A stretch of DNA of 64,000 bases. It comes from an uncultured virus (IMG/VR IMGVR_UViG_3300005530_000024) (lineage: Duplodnaviria > Heunggongvirae > Uroviricota > Caudoviricetes). This document shows positions 1 through 8,565 of this stretch, one piece after another. Where the stretch lies: the IMG/VR virus record IMGVR_UViG_3300005530_000024; one strand, given 5' to 3'. The notes beneath the pieces were generated by a model, which worked only from the letters and a program-made list of their open reading frames with translations, searched no databases and was not told the origin of the DNA. The first letter of the stretch is position 1. Each line of letters opens with the position of its first letter. A program made the translations under genes and the position numbers.

Positions 1-2
1 CG

Positions 3-464
3 GTGAACCGGATGCTAGGCGCACTTACTGACGAGTACGGCGCACACACCAACGACCCTTACAGTCTTGCAGACGTCCTCAGTATCGGCATAAACAAGGG
101 ACTACTGCGCCACTACTGGCGGATTTCCAACTACGACCAGCTCATCTGCAGGATCGCTACGACTGGGCCAGTGCTCGTGACCCTGCAGTGGTATGACCAC
201 TTCCTCTCTGACGACACCATTTCAACTCGGGCCGAAAAGCCGTGGGGTGTCCCGCAGGGCTTGACATCGCTGGTGGTCAGTGGCTACTCTGCCAACGGGA
301 TGCTTCTCAGGCTCGAACACCACGAGCTCTGGAAGAAGCCATCGTTCCAGATTCTCGAGGACGACTTCGTGGACTTGCTCAACGAAGGTGGCGAGGTGTT
401 CGCATTCGAGCCAGAGCTGCCGTCTAGAGTCGGCCTCGGGCCGTTCTATCGCGCTCGAAGGTAG
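3..464 (+). CDS. Papain/C1-peptidase-like fold protein, apparently degenerate; probably 5'-truncated
   Basis: GPVLVTLQWY...VSGY...DFVDLLNEGGEV resembles the C-terminal half of phage C1-like peptidases, but the GGH and NSW motifs are absent. Confidence 0.45.
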   Translation: MNRMLGALTDEYGAHTNDPYSLADVLSIGINKGLLRHYWRISNYDQLICRIATTGPVLVTLQWYDHFLSDDTISTRAEKPWGVPQGLTSLVVSGYSANGMLLRLEHHELWKKPSFQILEDDFVDLLNEGGEVFAFEPELPSRVGLGPFYRARR

Positions 465-471
465 GAGAATC

Positions 472-720
472 GTGACTGAGGTTGTATACATCTCTGTCCC
501 CAGCAAGGACAAATTGCGCCCCTGGTGGGCAGAGATGTATTATGCCGAAGGTGTCACAAAGACAAGACGACGAATCCCAGTCGGCGGAAAGCGCCAAATA
601 GCTGTGACTAACGCCTCTAGGTCTGGCTTAATGCTGGATATAGAGGCAGCCAAGTCTGATCCCGAGATAGGCAAGATTTTCTGGGGAGGGCCACCTGAAG
701 GAGAGTTGTGCCTGGTCTAG
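472..720 (+). CDS. Hypothetical protein
   Basis: GTG at 472 after AGGAGA; in frame with ORF 280..720. Confidence 0.65.
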   Translation: MTEVVYISVPSKDKLRPWWAEMYYAEGVTKTRRRIPVGGKRQIAVTNASRSGLMLDIEAAKSDPEIGKIFWGGPPEGELCLV

Positions 721-841
721 ACTGGTTCATCCTAGGGGAATTATCAGGCTGCTCTTGGGTATTGTTATTAGTCTGGTTACATCAGAATCACCCAAGAGTC
801 TACAAACGTCTCCGGCGATTACTTCTTGGGAAGAAATAACA

Positions 842-937
842 GTGCGCTACCACTACCTGCCTTATTACCACAGACCGTATTACCGACGGCGCTGGATACT
901 CAGTCCGAGCCGATACCGATTCTGGAGGTTATTCTAG
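842..937 (+). CDS. Putative 31-aa Arg/Tyr-rich peptide
   Basis: GTG start after purine-rich GGGAAGAA; MRYHYLPYYHRPYYRRRWILSPSRYRFWRLF; abuts the next gene. Confidence 0.4.
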   Translation: MRYHYLPYYHRPYYRRRWILSPSRYRFWRLF

Positions 938-938
938 C

Positions 939-1412
939 GTGCCTGGAGATAGTGCAGTGAGGGTCAACCTGGCTGAGTACTTCACCTACGAGCCGCAAAG
1001 ATTAGTCGGTGGTAACAAACCTGAAGTAGTTTGCCTCTGTGGATCGACTCGATTCTTCGATCTGTTTGCTGAGGCGAACCTCTATCTCACCGTGAGGGGC
1101 AAGATCGTTCTCACGATCGGCGCAGATACCAGAAGCGACTCAGACATTGACTTCATCGAGTATTCCATGGGTAGGTCAGTCGATGAAGTCAAGCATGATC
1201 TAGACCTCCTTCACAAGCGAAAGATCGACATGTGCGACACAGTGCTTGTCTTGAATAGAGATCTCTATGTCGGACAGTCAACTACTTCAGAGATTGTCTA
1301 CGCTGGTAGACAGGGAAAGCGGATCGTCTACCTTTACGAGCCTGTACCAGCCGAGTGTGTCTCTCCTCCACTGACTCACTCCTTACTGATTGCTTCAGCA
1401 GCACACCTTTAG
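939..1412 (+). CDS. Nucleoside 2-deoxyribosyltransferase-like family protein
   Basis: VCLCGSTRF...LDLLHKRKIDMCDTVLVLN..YVGQSTTSEIVYA..GK motif pattern. Confidence 0.7.
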   Translation: MPGDSAVRVNLAEYFTYEPQRLVGGNKPEVVCLCGSTRFFDLFAEANLYLTVRGKIVLTIGADTRSDSDIDFIEYSMGRSVDEVKHDLDLLHKRKIDMCDTVLVLNRDLYVGQSTTSEIVYAGRQGKRIVYLYEPVPAECVSPPLTHSLLIASAAHL

Positions 1413-1415
1413 GTC

Positions 1416-1712
1416 GTGAGTAATCCAAGGTGCTTTGTTGTTTCACAGTCAAATCAGTGGTTTAGGGGATTTTGTCGAGACTCTGGAGTTAATCCAAAGT
1501 CTAAACAGATAATCTGTGTTACTTACGACACGGTTACCAGGTTGCTCGAATTCTTTGACCCTGATGTAGACTATGTTGTCTTTTTGGCACACTGGAACGA
1601 TTTTCTCAGCGACGAAAGTGCCGACAACCTAGTAGGAAGTATCAACTGGAAGTTCAGCAAGGCGAGAGATCCAGATAGACGCAGATTTAGGCCACTTCTT
1701 AGGAGTAGTTAG
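1416..1712 (+). CDS. Hypothetical protein
   Basis: 98-aa ORF tiling the operon. Confidence 0.55.
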   Translation: MSNPRCFVVSQSNQWFRGFCRDSGVNPKSKQIICVTYDTVTRLLEFFDPDVDYVVFLAHWNDFLSDESADNLVGSINWKFSKARDPDRRRFRPLLRSS

Positions 1713-1714
1713 CA

Positions 1715-1900
1715 GAAAAGAGCAAAAATGCTGCCTAAAGTGTGGACTTGGGACATGATTTTCGACTTTTGTATGGCATTACAGGCACTTTGGCTCTTTT
1801 CTTTGACGCAAAATATGGCTTTTTTCGGCAGATTCATGCTATTTTGGACCGCTTTTCAGGTAAGAGTTTCGATCCAAGCGGCACAAAGTTAGTCCGATTT
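1715..1900. other. Phased A/T-tract segment (intrinsically bent DNA candidate)
   Basis: Short T or A runs recur about every 10-11 bp. Confidence 0.55.
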
Positions 1901-1924
1901 GACCCGATAATGGGCCTACTCTGG

Positions 1925-1977
1925 CCTTGGTGACACCGCGTGAGCTATCATCGCGCATGAGAAAAGTGTCACCAAGG
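1925..1977 (+). promoter_or_regulatory. Stem-loop leader overlapping the RBS region of the spike gene
   Basis: Perfect 12-bp inverted repeat CCTTGGTGACAC/GTGTCACCAAGG enclosing an inner GCGTGA/TCGCGC hairpin. Confidence 0.55.
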
Positions 1978-1990
1978 AGAGGAAAGTCGG

Positions 1991-4252
1991 TTGACTAACC
2001 CGTATCCGGGCGACAGTGAGTGGCCTTCTGACTTTCAAGGTTGTGAAATCAAGGGCCATTTCGTTGGTTTGACTGGTGCTCCAATCGTCGGAAGCGTGAC
2101 TTTTACCGCTCAGACGGACGTACTCATCTCCTCGACTACATCAACTGTTGTTGTACCACAGTCGATCACTGTCCAGCTTGATATTCACGGCAAGCTGGAC
2201 ATCGTTGTCCCTGCGACTGATGATCCAGACATCATCCCGACTGATTTCACCTATCTCGTCAAGGAAAACTGGGCTGGCGGTCGCACTTATTCCATCACTG
2301 CGCCTCACGATGGCATCGAAGACTTGTCTCAGGTTGCTCCAGTGCCTGCAAGCCCAGGTGTCGTGAACTATCTGGTGACTCCAGCGCAGTATGCAGAGCT
2401 CCTTAGCGGCATCGGAGGATATGCAACTCAAGCCTGGGTTGATTCAGAGATTGCAGCAGCTATTGCAGCCTGCTCGCCACCGATCTTCACAGACACAAGC
2501 GCACCTGACGGCACGGTTGCGATTCCTTACAGCTACAGAATTCATGCATCTGCCTACCCTGTGGCTACCTATGCCATCACCTCTGGCACTCTTCCAGCTG
2601 GTTTGAGCTTCAATAACGTAACTGGCGACATCACTGGAACCCCAACCGCTGGGGCTTCAGTGAGTCTTGTTGTCAAGGCGACCAATAACTTCGGTTCAGA
2701 ACTAGCCGAGGTAAACTTCACAGTTGCCAGCTCGGCTTCCGCCCCGGTGTTTGCCATGCACTCACCTCCGAGTGGTGTTGTTGACTCGATCTACTCCTAC
2801 AGCTTCAGTGCATCAGGTAGTCCGACACCAGTCTACACCATCACTGCAGGCAATCTTCCACCTGGTCTCTGGTTAGACCCGTCAGGCGTCTTAGAGGGAA
2901 TCCCTGCAACGGTAGGTAGTTACACCTTCACGGTCACAGCGACAAACACCTCTGGCACTGACACTGCTTCCTGTACTGTAGTGGTCACAGCTGCAGCGGT
3001 TACGACGACACTCTTTGGCTCTCGAACTCCCGCAACGCCGGCATCTGATTCTCCGATCACAGTCGGCATGGCGTTCACGGTTGACAAGACGTGCACCTCG
3101 ACAAGGGCGCGCTACTGGCGACAGGGTACTCAGAACGATACGCGGACAATCTTCGTCGGACTCTATGACGGCTCAGGCACGCTGATTGCGAGCGGATCAA
3201 GACTTCAGACGTCAGCAGATGCAATCGGCTGGATCTGGGTTGACTTCTCTGCAACAGTGACCATGAATACTGGGCAAACCTATACCATCGCATACTTCGA
3301 TCCGACTGGTGCTTACTCGTTCACCACGGGCGAGGCTGCAACTGCGATCGACAATTCTCCTTCGCACACTGTGGCAACAGGCGGGCGATTTACCACCGGG
3401 AGCTCGCTCACTCGTCCGACGAGTACTTCAACAGCAAGCTTTTATGTCGGCCTTGAGTTTCACTCTGCCGGTCAGGGATTCTTCGACAACCCATCAGCTT
3501 TCACTGGAGTGCCTGCTGGTACGACACTGACTGCATCGGCAGGTTTTCATACGTCTGCCGATAACCAGGTGATTGATTCTCTAGATGTGACTGGTTCCAT
3601 CTATGTCGATCACACAGGCGTGATCATCAGAAAGTGTCGCATCCTTGCAGGTGTTGGCGAGTGGGGCATCGACATCGGATTCTCAGGCCCTGCCTCGGTC
3701 ACCATCACTGACTGTGAGATCAACTGCAACTCTTCTTCAGCGGGTGGCATCAGGTCGCAGTACCGAAGTGGCACCGTTTCCTGGACGGCTGCTAGATGCA
3801 ATATCCACCACGGCGAGAACGCAGTGCGCCTCGGTGGAAATTGCACGATCAGCGATTCCTGGATGCACACATTCACGTCAAGCGGTGGATCACCTCACTA
3901 CGACGGAGTGGAGTGTTCTGAAGGGTCGAACTCGACAGTCAGTCACTGTTACATCGACCTTGATCAGACGCAGACCTGTGCTATCAACGTTCAGGGCGAC
4001 TTTGGTCCGATTACAAACTTCATCTGCAAAGACTCTTACCTCAACGGCGGTGGCCCACTCTTTAACATCAGAACTGGAGGTGCCGGTGGAACGGTAAACA
4101 GCTTCAAGCTTCTAGGTAATAGCCTCGGTGTGCCTGGCGCGCACTATGGTGATGGAAGCTTGCAGTACTCTGCTATTGACGTCGGAATCACGCGCCAGGT
4201 GCTCAATAACACTGTATTTACCACGGGGGCCAACGCAGATTCGTTAATTTAG
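1991..4252 (+). CDS. Tail spike/adhesin: virion-anchor N-domain, two putative Ig (He_PIG-like) repeats, DUF4082-like domain, right-handed beta-helix
   Basis: PATDDPDI.P..FTY.V.E anchor; two GxLPxGL...GxP repeats; VGMAFTV..RYW..GW..V.F DUF4082 pattern; ITDCEI/ISDSWMH/HYDGVE beta-helix repeats. Confidence 0.75.
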   Translation: MTNPYPGDSEWPSDFQGCEIKGHFVGLTGAPIVGSVTFTAQTDVLISSTTSTVVVPQSITVQLDIHGKLDIVVPATDDPDIIPTDFTYLVKENWAGGRTYSITAPHDGIEDLSQVAPVPASPGVVNYLVTPAQYAELLSGIGGYATQAWVDSEIAAAIAACSPPIFTDTSAPDGTVAIPYSYRIHASAYPVATYAITSGTLPAGLSFNNVTGDITGTPTAGASVSLVVKATNNFGSELAEVNFTVASSASAPVFAMHSPPSGVVDSIYSYSFSASGSPTPVYTITAGNLPPGLWLDPSGVLEGIPATVGSYTFTVTATNTSGTDTASCTVVVTAAAVTTTLFGSRTPATPASDSPITVGMAFTVDKTCTSTRARYWRQGTQNDTRTIFVGLYDGSGTLIASGSRLQTSADAIGWIWVDFSATVTMNTGQTYTIAYFDPTGAYSFTTGEAATAIDNSPSHTVATGGRFTTGSSLTRPTSTSTASFYVGLEFHSAGQGFFDNPSAFTGVPAGTTLTASAGFHTSADNQVIDSLDVTGSIYVDHTGVIIRKCRILAGVGEWGIDIGFSGPASVTITDCEINCNSSSAGGIRSQYRSGTVSWTAARCNIHHGENAVRLGGNCTISDSWMHTFTSSGGSPHYDGVECSEGSNSTVSHCYIDLDQTQTCAINVQGDFGPITNFICKDSYLNGGGPLFNIRTGGAGGTVNSFKLLGNSLGVPGAHYGDGSLQYSAIDVGITRQVLNNTVFTTGANADSLI

Positions 4253-4261
4253 GAGGAAGAA

Positions 4262-4927
4262 ATGAAGAGGGTCTTAGCGGTTCTTCTGCTGATCAGTGCA
4301 CTTGCATTCGGGGTATTCAGTGCTCCGAATGCAAGTGCTACGCATACGAACAGTCGTATCGTCGTCGCCGCTGTGCATTCTCATCCCGTCGCTCCACACA
4401 CCTACCAGGCGTCTCAACGCAACATTGGTCCGAATGCCTGGGATAGATCAACGGTGATCTTCCAGGTGATGAAGGCCGGCACGAACACCGAAATGACGTG
4501 GTTCCACGAACGACTCAGTTACTACCGCACCGTGGCTGGCTCGACGTTGAACATCCTGGAACAAGGCTGTGTGGTGAACATGCCGTGTAACCGGGTGTAC
4601 TTCGACTTTTACGGTACCACTAGCTGGGATGGTCTCACTACCGAGGCGTACACGAACTGTCTGGCGGCGAACAAGTGGTGCAGGTATGACGGTACGAATT
4701 CGCTGGTGACTCATACCACCGTGCAGTTCAACCGAAGTAACGGAATCGACAGTTTCACGTACACTGCGATGCAGTCACTGTTCTGTCACGAGGACGGCCG
4801 GGCAATCGCTGAACTCGAAGCTGCTTCAGGCGCAACGTGCATGCAGGATGCTACCTATCAATACCCGAGTCTGACTGCAACAGAGGAACAGTCCGTTCGA
4901 GACAAGTATGTCGGCGTGGCTCGATAA
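4262..4927 (+). CDS. Secreted protein with a degenerate metzincin-like motif
   Basis: Signal peptide MKRVLAVLLLISALAFG..ASA; CHEDGRAIAE followed by TCM; AGGAGG RBS. Confidence 0.65.
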   Translation: MKRVLAVLLLISALAFGVFSAPNASATHTNSRIVVAAVHSHPVAPHTYQASQRNIGPNAWDRSTVIFQVMKAGTNTEMTWFHERLSYYRTVAGSTLNILEQGCVVNMPCNRVYFDFYGTTSWDGLTTEAYTNCLAANKWCRYDGTNSLVTHTTVQFNRSNGIDSFTYTAMQSLFCHEDGRAIAELEAASGATCMQDATYQYPSLTATEEQSVRDKYVGVAR

Positions 4928-4933
4928 GGCTTG

Positions 4934-4969
4934 AGTATGGGGTACGAACGCTGATTCGTACCCCGTGCT
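4934..4969 (+). terminator. Hairpin, terminator-like
   Basis: AGTATGGGGTACGAA/TTCGTACCCCGTGCT stem just after the stop codon. Confidence 0.55.
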
Positions 4970-4987
4970 GACGTCTTATCTAAGGAG

Positions 4988-5548
4988 ATGAGTCATATGT
5001 CCGGTGAGAACAACGAGGCTTACATTTACAACAAAGGTCTACGTGACTTCATCTCATCCGTTGCGGGGGGCGGTTCTACACAGGGTGTAGAGGTGTGGTA
5101 TGGGCCATATACCATTACCTATCAAACACCTGATTTAGCATCCGAGGTTGGACACCAGCTCTTTGTTCCAAGAGAGGGTGACTGGTTAATTAGCAGCAGG
5201 CTTGTTCTTAGGGCTCCGTTTGTATGCCCAGAGGGCGGCTGGCCACGACTGTCTTTTGGCTTCTGGGCTAATAGCGGAAAGGATATGTTCGGGCCAGATA
5301 CTGATTTTCCTGTAGGAGAGTCTGATAACATTCTTGCCAGTCAAAGCGCCGATATGCTCTTAGCTGGAAACACTCCGATAGTGATTTATCCGGTGCAATT
5401 TCTGACAACAAGTCCTGTCTATGTCAACCTCATCGACGGATCACAGGACGTTAGTCCAGAAAAGCCGAGTCCTGCGTATACACAGGCTCCAACTGCTGGA
5501 GATGTAGATTTTTACTTCAAGATTGTTTCTGGTTCTATTCTCTACTAG
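4988..5548 (+). CDS. Hypothetical protein (beta-rich, possibly virion-associated)
   Basis: 186-aa ORF with RBS-like sequences. Confidence 0.65.
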   Translation: MSHMSGENNEAYIYNKGLRDFISSVAGGGSTQGVEVWYGPYTITYQTPDLASEVGHQLFVPREGDWLISSRLVLRAPFVCPEGGWPRLSFGFWANSGKDMFGPDTDFPVGESDNILASQSADMLLAGNTPIVIYPVQFLTTSPVYVNLIDGSQDVSPEKPSPAYTQAPTAGDVDFYFKIVSGSILY

Positions 5549-5563
5549 AAAAACTGGGTAGTC

Positions 5564-5827
5564 ATGCCATTGCAGCCGTCACAGGTAAACGGACAACACC
5601 TTAACGGTGTTCCGGAGAGCCTCTTAGAGCTTGGTCTTGAGAGAATCAAAGAGCGATCACATCTCTGGCTAGCTACTGTTGTATTCGAGATGCTAGACGA
5701 GAACTTGGCTAAGGGTGAGATCATTCTTGCTGCAGATAAAGTGCATGCACAGAACATCAGATGTGTCGTATGCGGTATGGAGTGGAGGAAGGGCCGAGAG
5801 GGCAGAATCTGTCCAGGGGGTGGCTAA
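5564..5827 (+). CDS. Hypothetical protein with CxxC
   Basis: 87-aa ORF, CVVC...C. Confidence 0.6.
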   Translation: MPLQPSQVNGQHLNGVPESLLELGLERIKERSHLWLATVVFEMLDENLAKGEIILAADKVHAQNIRCVVCGMEWRKGREGRICPGGG

Positions 5828-5991
5828 TGAGAAGAATCTGTACTTGTGAGTATCACAAGGGTTTCCATACATACTGTTATAGATCTTGTCCATGTATTAG
5901 TGATTACATAGAGAACGCTATTCAGGTCGAGTATTTCGACGGCGTAGCGCGCATTTCGGATCAGAAGAAACCCAAAGCAAGCCGTCCGTAA
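5827..5991 (+). CDS. Small Cys/His-rich protein
   Basis: TAATG overlap start; CTCEYH..H..C...CPC. Confidence 0.5.
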   Translation: MRRICTCEYHKGFHTYCYRSCPCISDYIENAIQVEYFDGVARISDQKKPKASRP

Positions 5992-6050
5992 CGGTCGGAT
6001 AGCTACGCTTTAGCCATAGCGGGGGGAATTTACGCTAGGAGGTAAAGCGA

Positions 6051-6260
6051 ATGCGTCCATTCGTCCTACATCGCGAGAGAGACATAACTGGCGTGTCTGG
6101 TACGGGCGTAGTTGCAGAAGGAGTAAGGTTTACCGATGGCAGCGTTGCGCTCAGGTGGTTAGGAGATCGACCGTCAACCGTCCTTTGGAGCTCACTCGAG
6201 GACGCTATGCACATACATGGACATAATGGGGCAACAGAGCTAGTCTGGCTAGATGTCTAG
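6051..6260 (+). CDS. Conserved actinophage hypothetical protein
   Basis: F.LHR..D.TGVSGTGVVAEGV.F.DG...LRW...HGHNGAT motif; AGGAGG RBS. Confidence 0.8.
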   Translation: MRPFVLHRERDITGVSGTGVVAEGVRFTDGSVALRWLGDRPSTVLWSSLEDAMHIHGHNGATELVWLDV

Positions 6261-6540
6261 TTGGTTTTCTCGCGTTCTTGGACTTGACGACCCATCTGGT
6301 TCTTATTATTTGTTCTGGTCTGGCGTAGGCGGGGACCTGAGTCACTTAGCAATCGTAGGCGCAGCATTCGGATACTGGCAGAACAAGACGTGCGATATAA
6401 AGCGGTGTTACCGTTGGGCACACTACAAGGTCAGAGATACTGACTGGACTGTGTGTCGCCGTCATAGTCCACGGCCAAGTCCAACAGTAGCTGATCTCGA
6501 GAGGATAGTTCCCGAGGAAGAGCTACCAAGTGAGGTGTAA
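6253..6540 (+). CDS. Small membrane protein
   Basis: Y.FWSG.G hydrophobic segment, then C..C.R and VC.RH. Confidence 0.65.
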   Translation: MSSWFSRVLGLDDPSGSYYLFWSGVGGDLSHLAIVGAAFGYWQNKTCDIKRCYRWAHYKVRDTDWTVCRRHSPRPSPTVADLERIVPEEELPSEV

Positions 6541-6634
6541 CAACCTTTCTCTGCCAGCGGGCATGAGTCCAGTCGAGAAACTTTTCTAGGCACCAGCCCG
6601 CCGTATCCCAAACGATATCTAGCAAGAAGTTCAT
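6431..6634 (-). CDS. Possible small third gene of the primase operon
   Basis: ATGA overlap with the 6631 stop; overlaps the convergent gene by about 110 nt. Confidence 0.3.
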   Translation of the reverse strand: MNFLLDIVWDTAGWCLEKFLDWTHARWQRKVVTPHLVALPRELSSRDQLLLDLAVDYDGDTQSSQYL

Positions 6635-8565
6635 GCCGTCTCTCCGATCCATTGAAAGTGTTCTGCCTTGCGTCCCGGCTTGGTAGGGTCGCCCATGTTT
6701 ACAGAGACGTTTTCGTCTTCTTTGATGATTTCTAGCATCTTTTCAACAACAGAAGGATCCCATCCCTTACGCTTTACTCGATCCTTTACGTCTTTCTTGC
6801 TTGGGCCAAACTTTGATCTTGGGGTGAGGTTTCTGATATGTCTTATTAACTCTTCGTAAATCTCTGCGTTCTGATGTTTCCCGAGTACGCGCTCGCCGGT
6901 TAGGCGGTAGACAGAGACGAGATAGTCAAAAAGATAGATGGCCTTTTCGACCATCTCTGGTGTAACTTCATTGAGTGCCTCATTGAGGCTGAATAGAAGA
7001 ATTAACTTCTTCGTAAGCAGGTCAATGCGTGCGAGCATTTCATCAGATTGCTGTGCTGGTTCCAATCTCTCAAAGAAGTGTTGCTCAAAAAGAGACTGTG
7101 CAGCTGTTTGCCAGGTCAGTGTTCTATCGAGTTGTCCAACGATGTCTTGCAATGGCTTTACTGCAGCAGTCATGTCGATGGTTACGCCACCGATAGGAAC
7201 GTGTTGCTTTGGTTTTCCTGTCACAAAGACGAACCTGTTTAGAAAACCTGACTTTGTGTCATTCTCTTGAAGTAGGCCCTTGAGTGAGTCCGGTTGGGTA
7301 GTCGTAGTAAGGCAGGCGTACGGATTTATTGCCTCGACTCTACCGCCGATACGAGAGCTGGTCCCTACTATTACCTTTGTATCTGCCAGCTGGTGAAGCG
7401 TTGACTTGAGTGTACTCCCAGGCCGCATAGCACGGGCGGTAAGGTCTGATAGTTCTGGATATTCAATAAGTCCAGTAACAGAACTGCTTCCGATGGGCTT
7501 TGACGTAACTGGATCACGAATCGTGCTGTCGAACAATGATATGAGCTGTTCTCCAGATGCAACGCCTTGCATGAGCGATGCGCCAGAGTGAATATCTCTG
7601 TTGTAAGGCATCGCCATTTCGAGAAGTGTTGTCAGGTGCTCGATGGAGCGCGATTTTCTATCTCCCGAGCGACCGATTATGCAGGTAAGAAGGTTGCCAT
7701 AGACTGGTCTACCGTCTGCAACTTTCTTGTTTCGCCCAGCAGCGAGACTGACAGCAAGTATCCCATTCCAGAAGTGATACTCTTCTGCTGCGTCATCGTT
7801 GATACATAGTGCCATGTAGGTGTCAAGAAAGGTACCAGGTGTTACAATGTCGCGCCAGTTGAAGGTTGGTGCTACGAAGAGGTCATCAAATTCGAAGTCA
7901 TGTGCTGATTCGACAATAGAGACGATTTCTTTTCCGTCTGCTATACCGATAACTTTTGCTACAGCATCAGTGCTAGTTTCTCCAGATTCTGGAAGTACAA
8001 CAGCAGGAGGAGAAATAGGATCGGGTACCGGAACCTCAATAACAGTTGGTACATGCACTTCGGGCAGGTAAACTTCATCAGGAACTCCGGGGCTCTTTGA
8101 TTTAGTAACCACGTAGCCCAAGTCTTGAACCATCTTGCGCCGCAGTTCAGGGAAGTTAGACGAAGATTTGTAGTCAGTAATTCCGAAGTGATCTGCAGCT
8201 ATGTCGAACATGTCGCCGCCGACATTACAGGCAGCACAGTGCCAGACATTCTTTTCGATATTAAGCCAGGCTGAAGGATTAGCGTCTTTGTGTCCAGGTC
8301 TAGGACACGAGATCATTATGGACTCTTTTTGTCCAGGGCGTATGTTAGGGCGCATCTTTCCGCACCAGCGGATATATGCATCGACAATGGAAATCCCCGC
8401 AAGTATGCGGTCAATCTCGTTGAATTCTTCAGAGCGAGCATACTGCGCCTCTGGGATGAGGTCATCAGCGAATACAGGAGGGGCTGTCTTAGCCTCCCGG
8501 GCTAACTTTGCTAGCCTTCTTGCTTCTACGACCTGCTCAAACTTTGACAGCTCTGATTCTGTCAC
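6631..8565 (-). CDS. CHC2-type zinc finger fused to a DUF3987-like P-loop NTPase (primase-associated helicase-like)
   Basis: CPRPGHKD.NPS...WHCAACNVGGD; GRSGDRKS Walker-A-like; SGFLNRF motif. Confidence 0.7.
   Translation of the reverse strand: MTESELSKFEQVVEARRLAKLAREAKTAPPVFADDLIPEAQYARSEEFNEIDRILAGISIVDAYIRWCGKMRPNIRPGQKESIMISCPRPGHKDANPSAWLNIEKNVWHCAACNVGGDMFDIAADHFGITDYKSSSNFPELRRKMVQDLGYVVTKSKSPGVPDEVYLPEVHVPTVIEVPVPDPISPPAVVLPESGETSTDAVAKVIGIADGKEIVSIVESAHDFEFDDLFVAPTFNWRDIVTPGTFLDTYMALCINDDAAEEYHFWNGILAVSLAAGRNKKVADGRPVYGNLLTCIIGRSGDRKSRSIEHLTTLLEMAMPYNRDIHSGASLMQGVASGEQLISLFDSTIRDPVTSKPIGSSSVTGLIEYPELSDLTARAMRPGSTLKSTLHQLADTKVIVGTSSRIGGRVEAINPYACLTTTTQPDSLKGLLQENDTKSGFLNRFVFVTGKPKQHVPIGGVTIDMTAAVKPLQDIVGQLDRTLTWQTAAQSLFEQHFFERLEPAQQSDEMLARIDLLTKKLILLFSLNEALNEVTPEMVEKAIYLFDYLVSVYRLTGERVLGKHQNAEIYEELIRHIRNLTPRSKFGPSKKDVKDRVKRKGWDPSVVEKMLEIIKEDENVSVNMGDPTKPGRKAEHFQWIGETA

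Noticed and set aside
1742..1933. 63-aa ORF in the phased-tract region
   Set aside because: No RBS; the Phe-rich translation simply reflects the T-tracts
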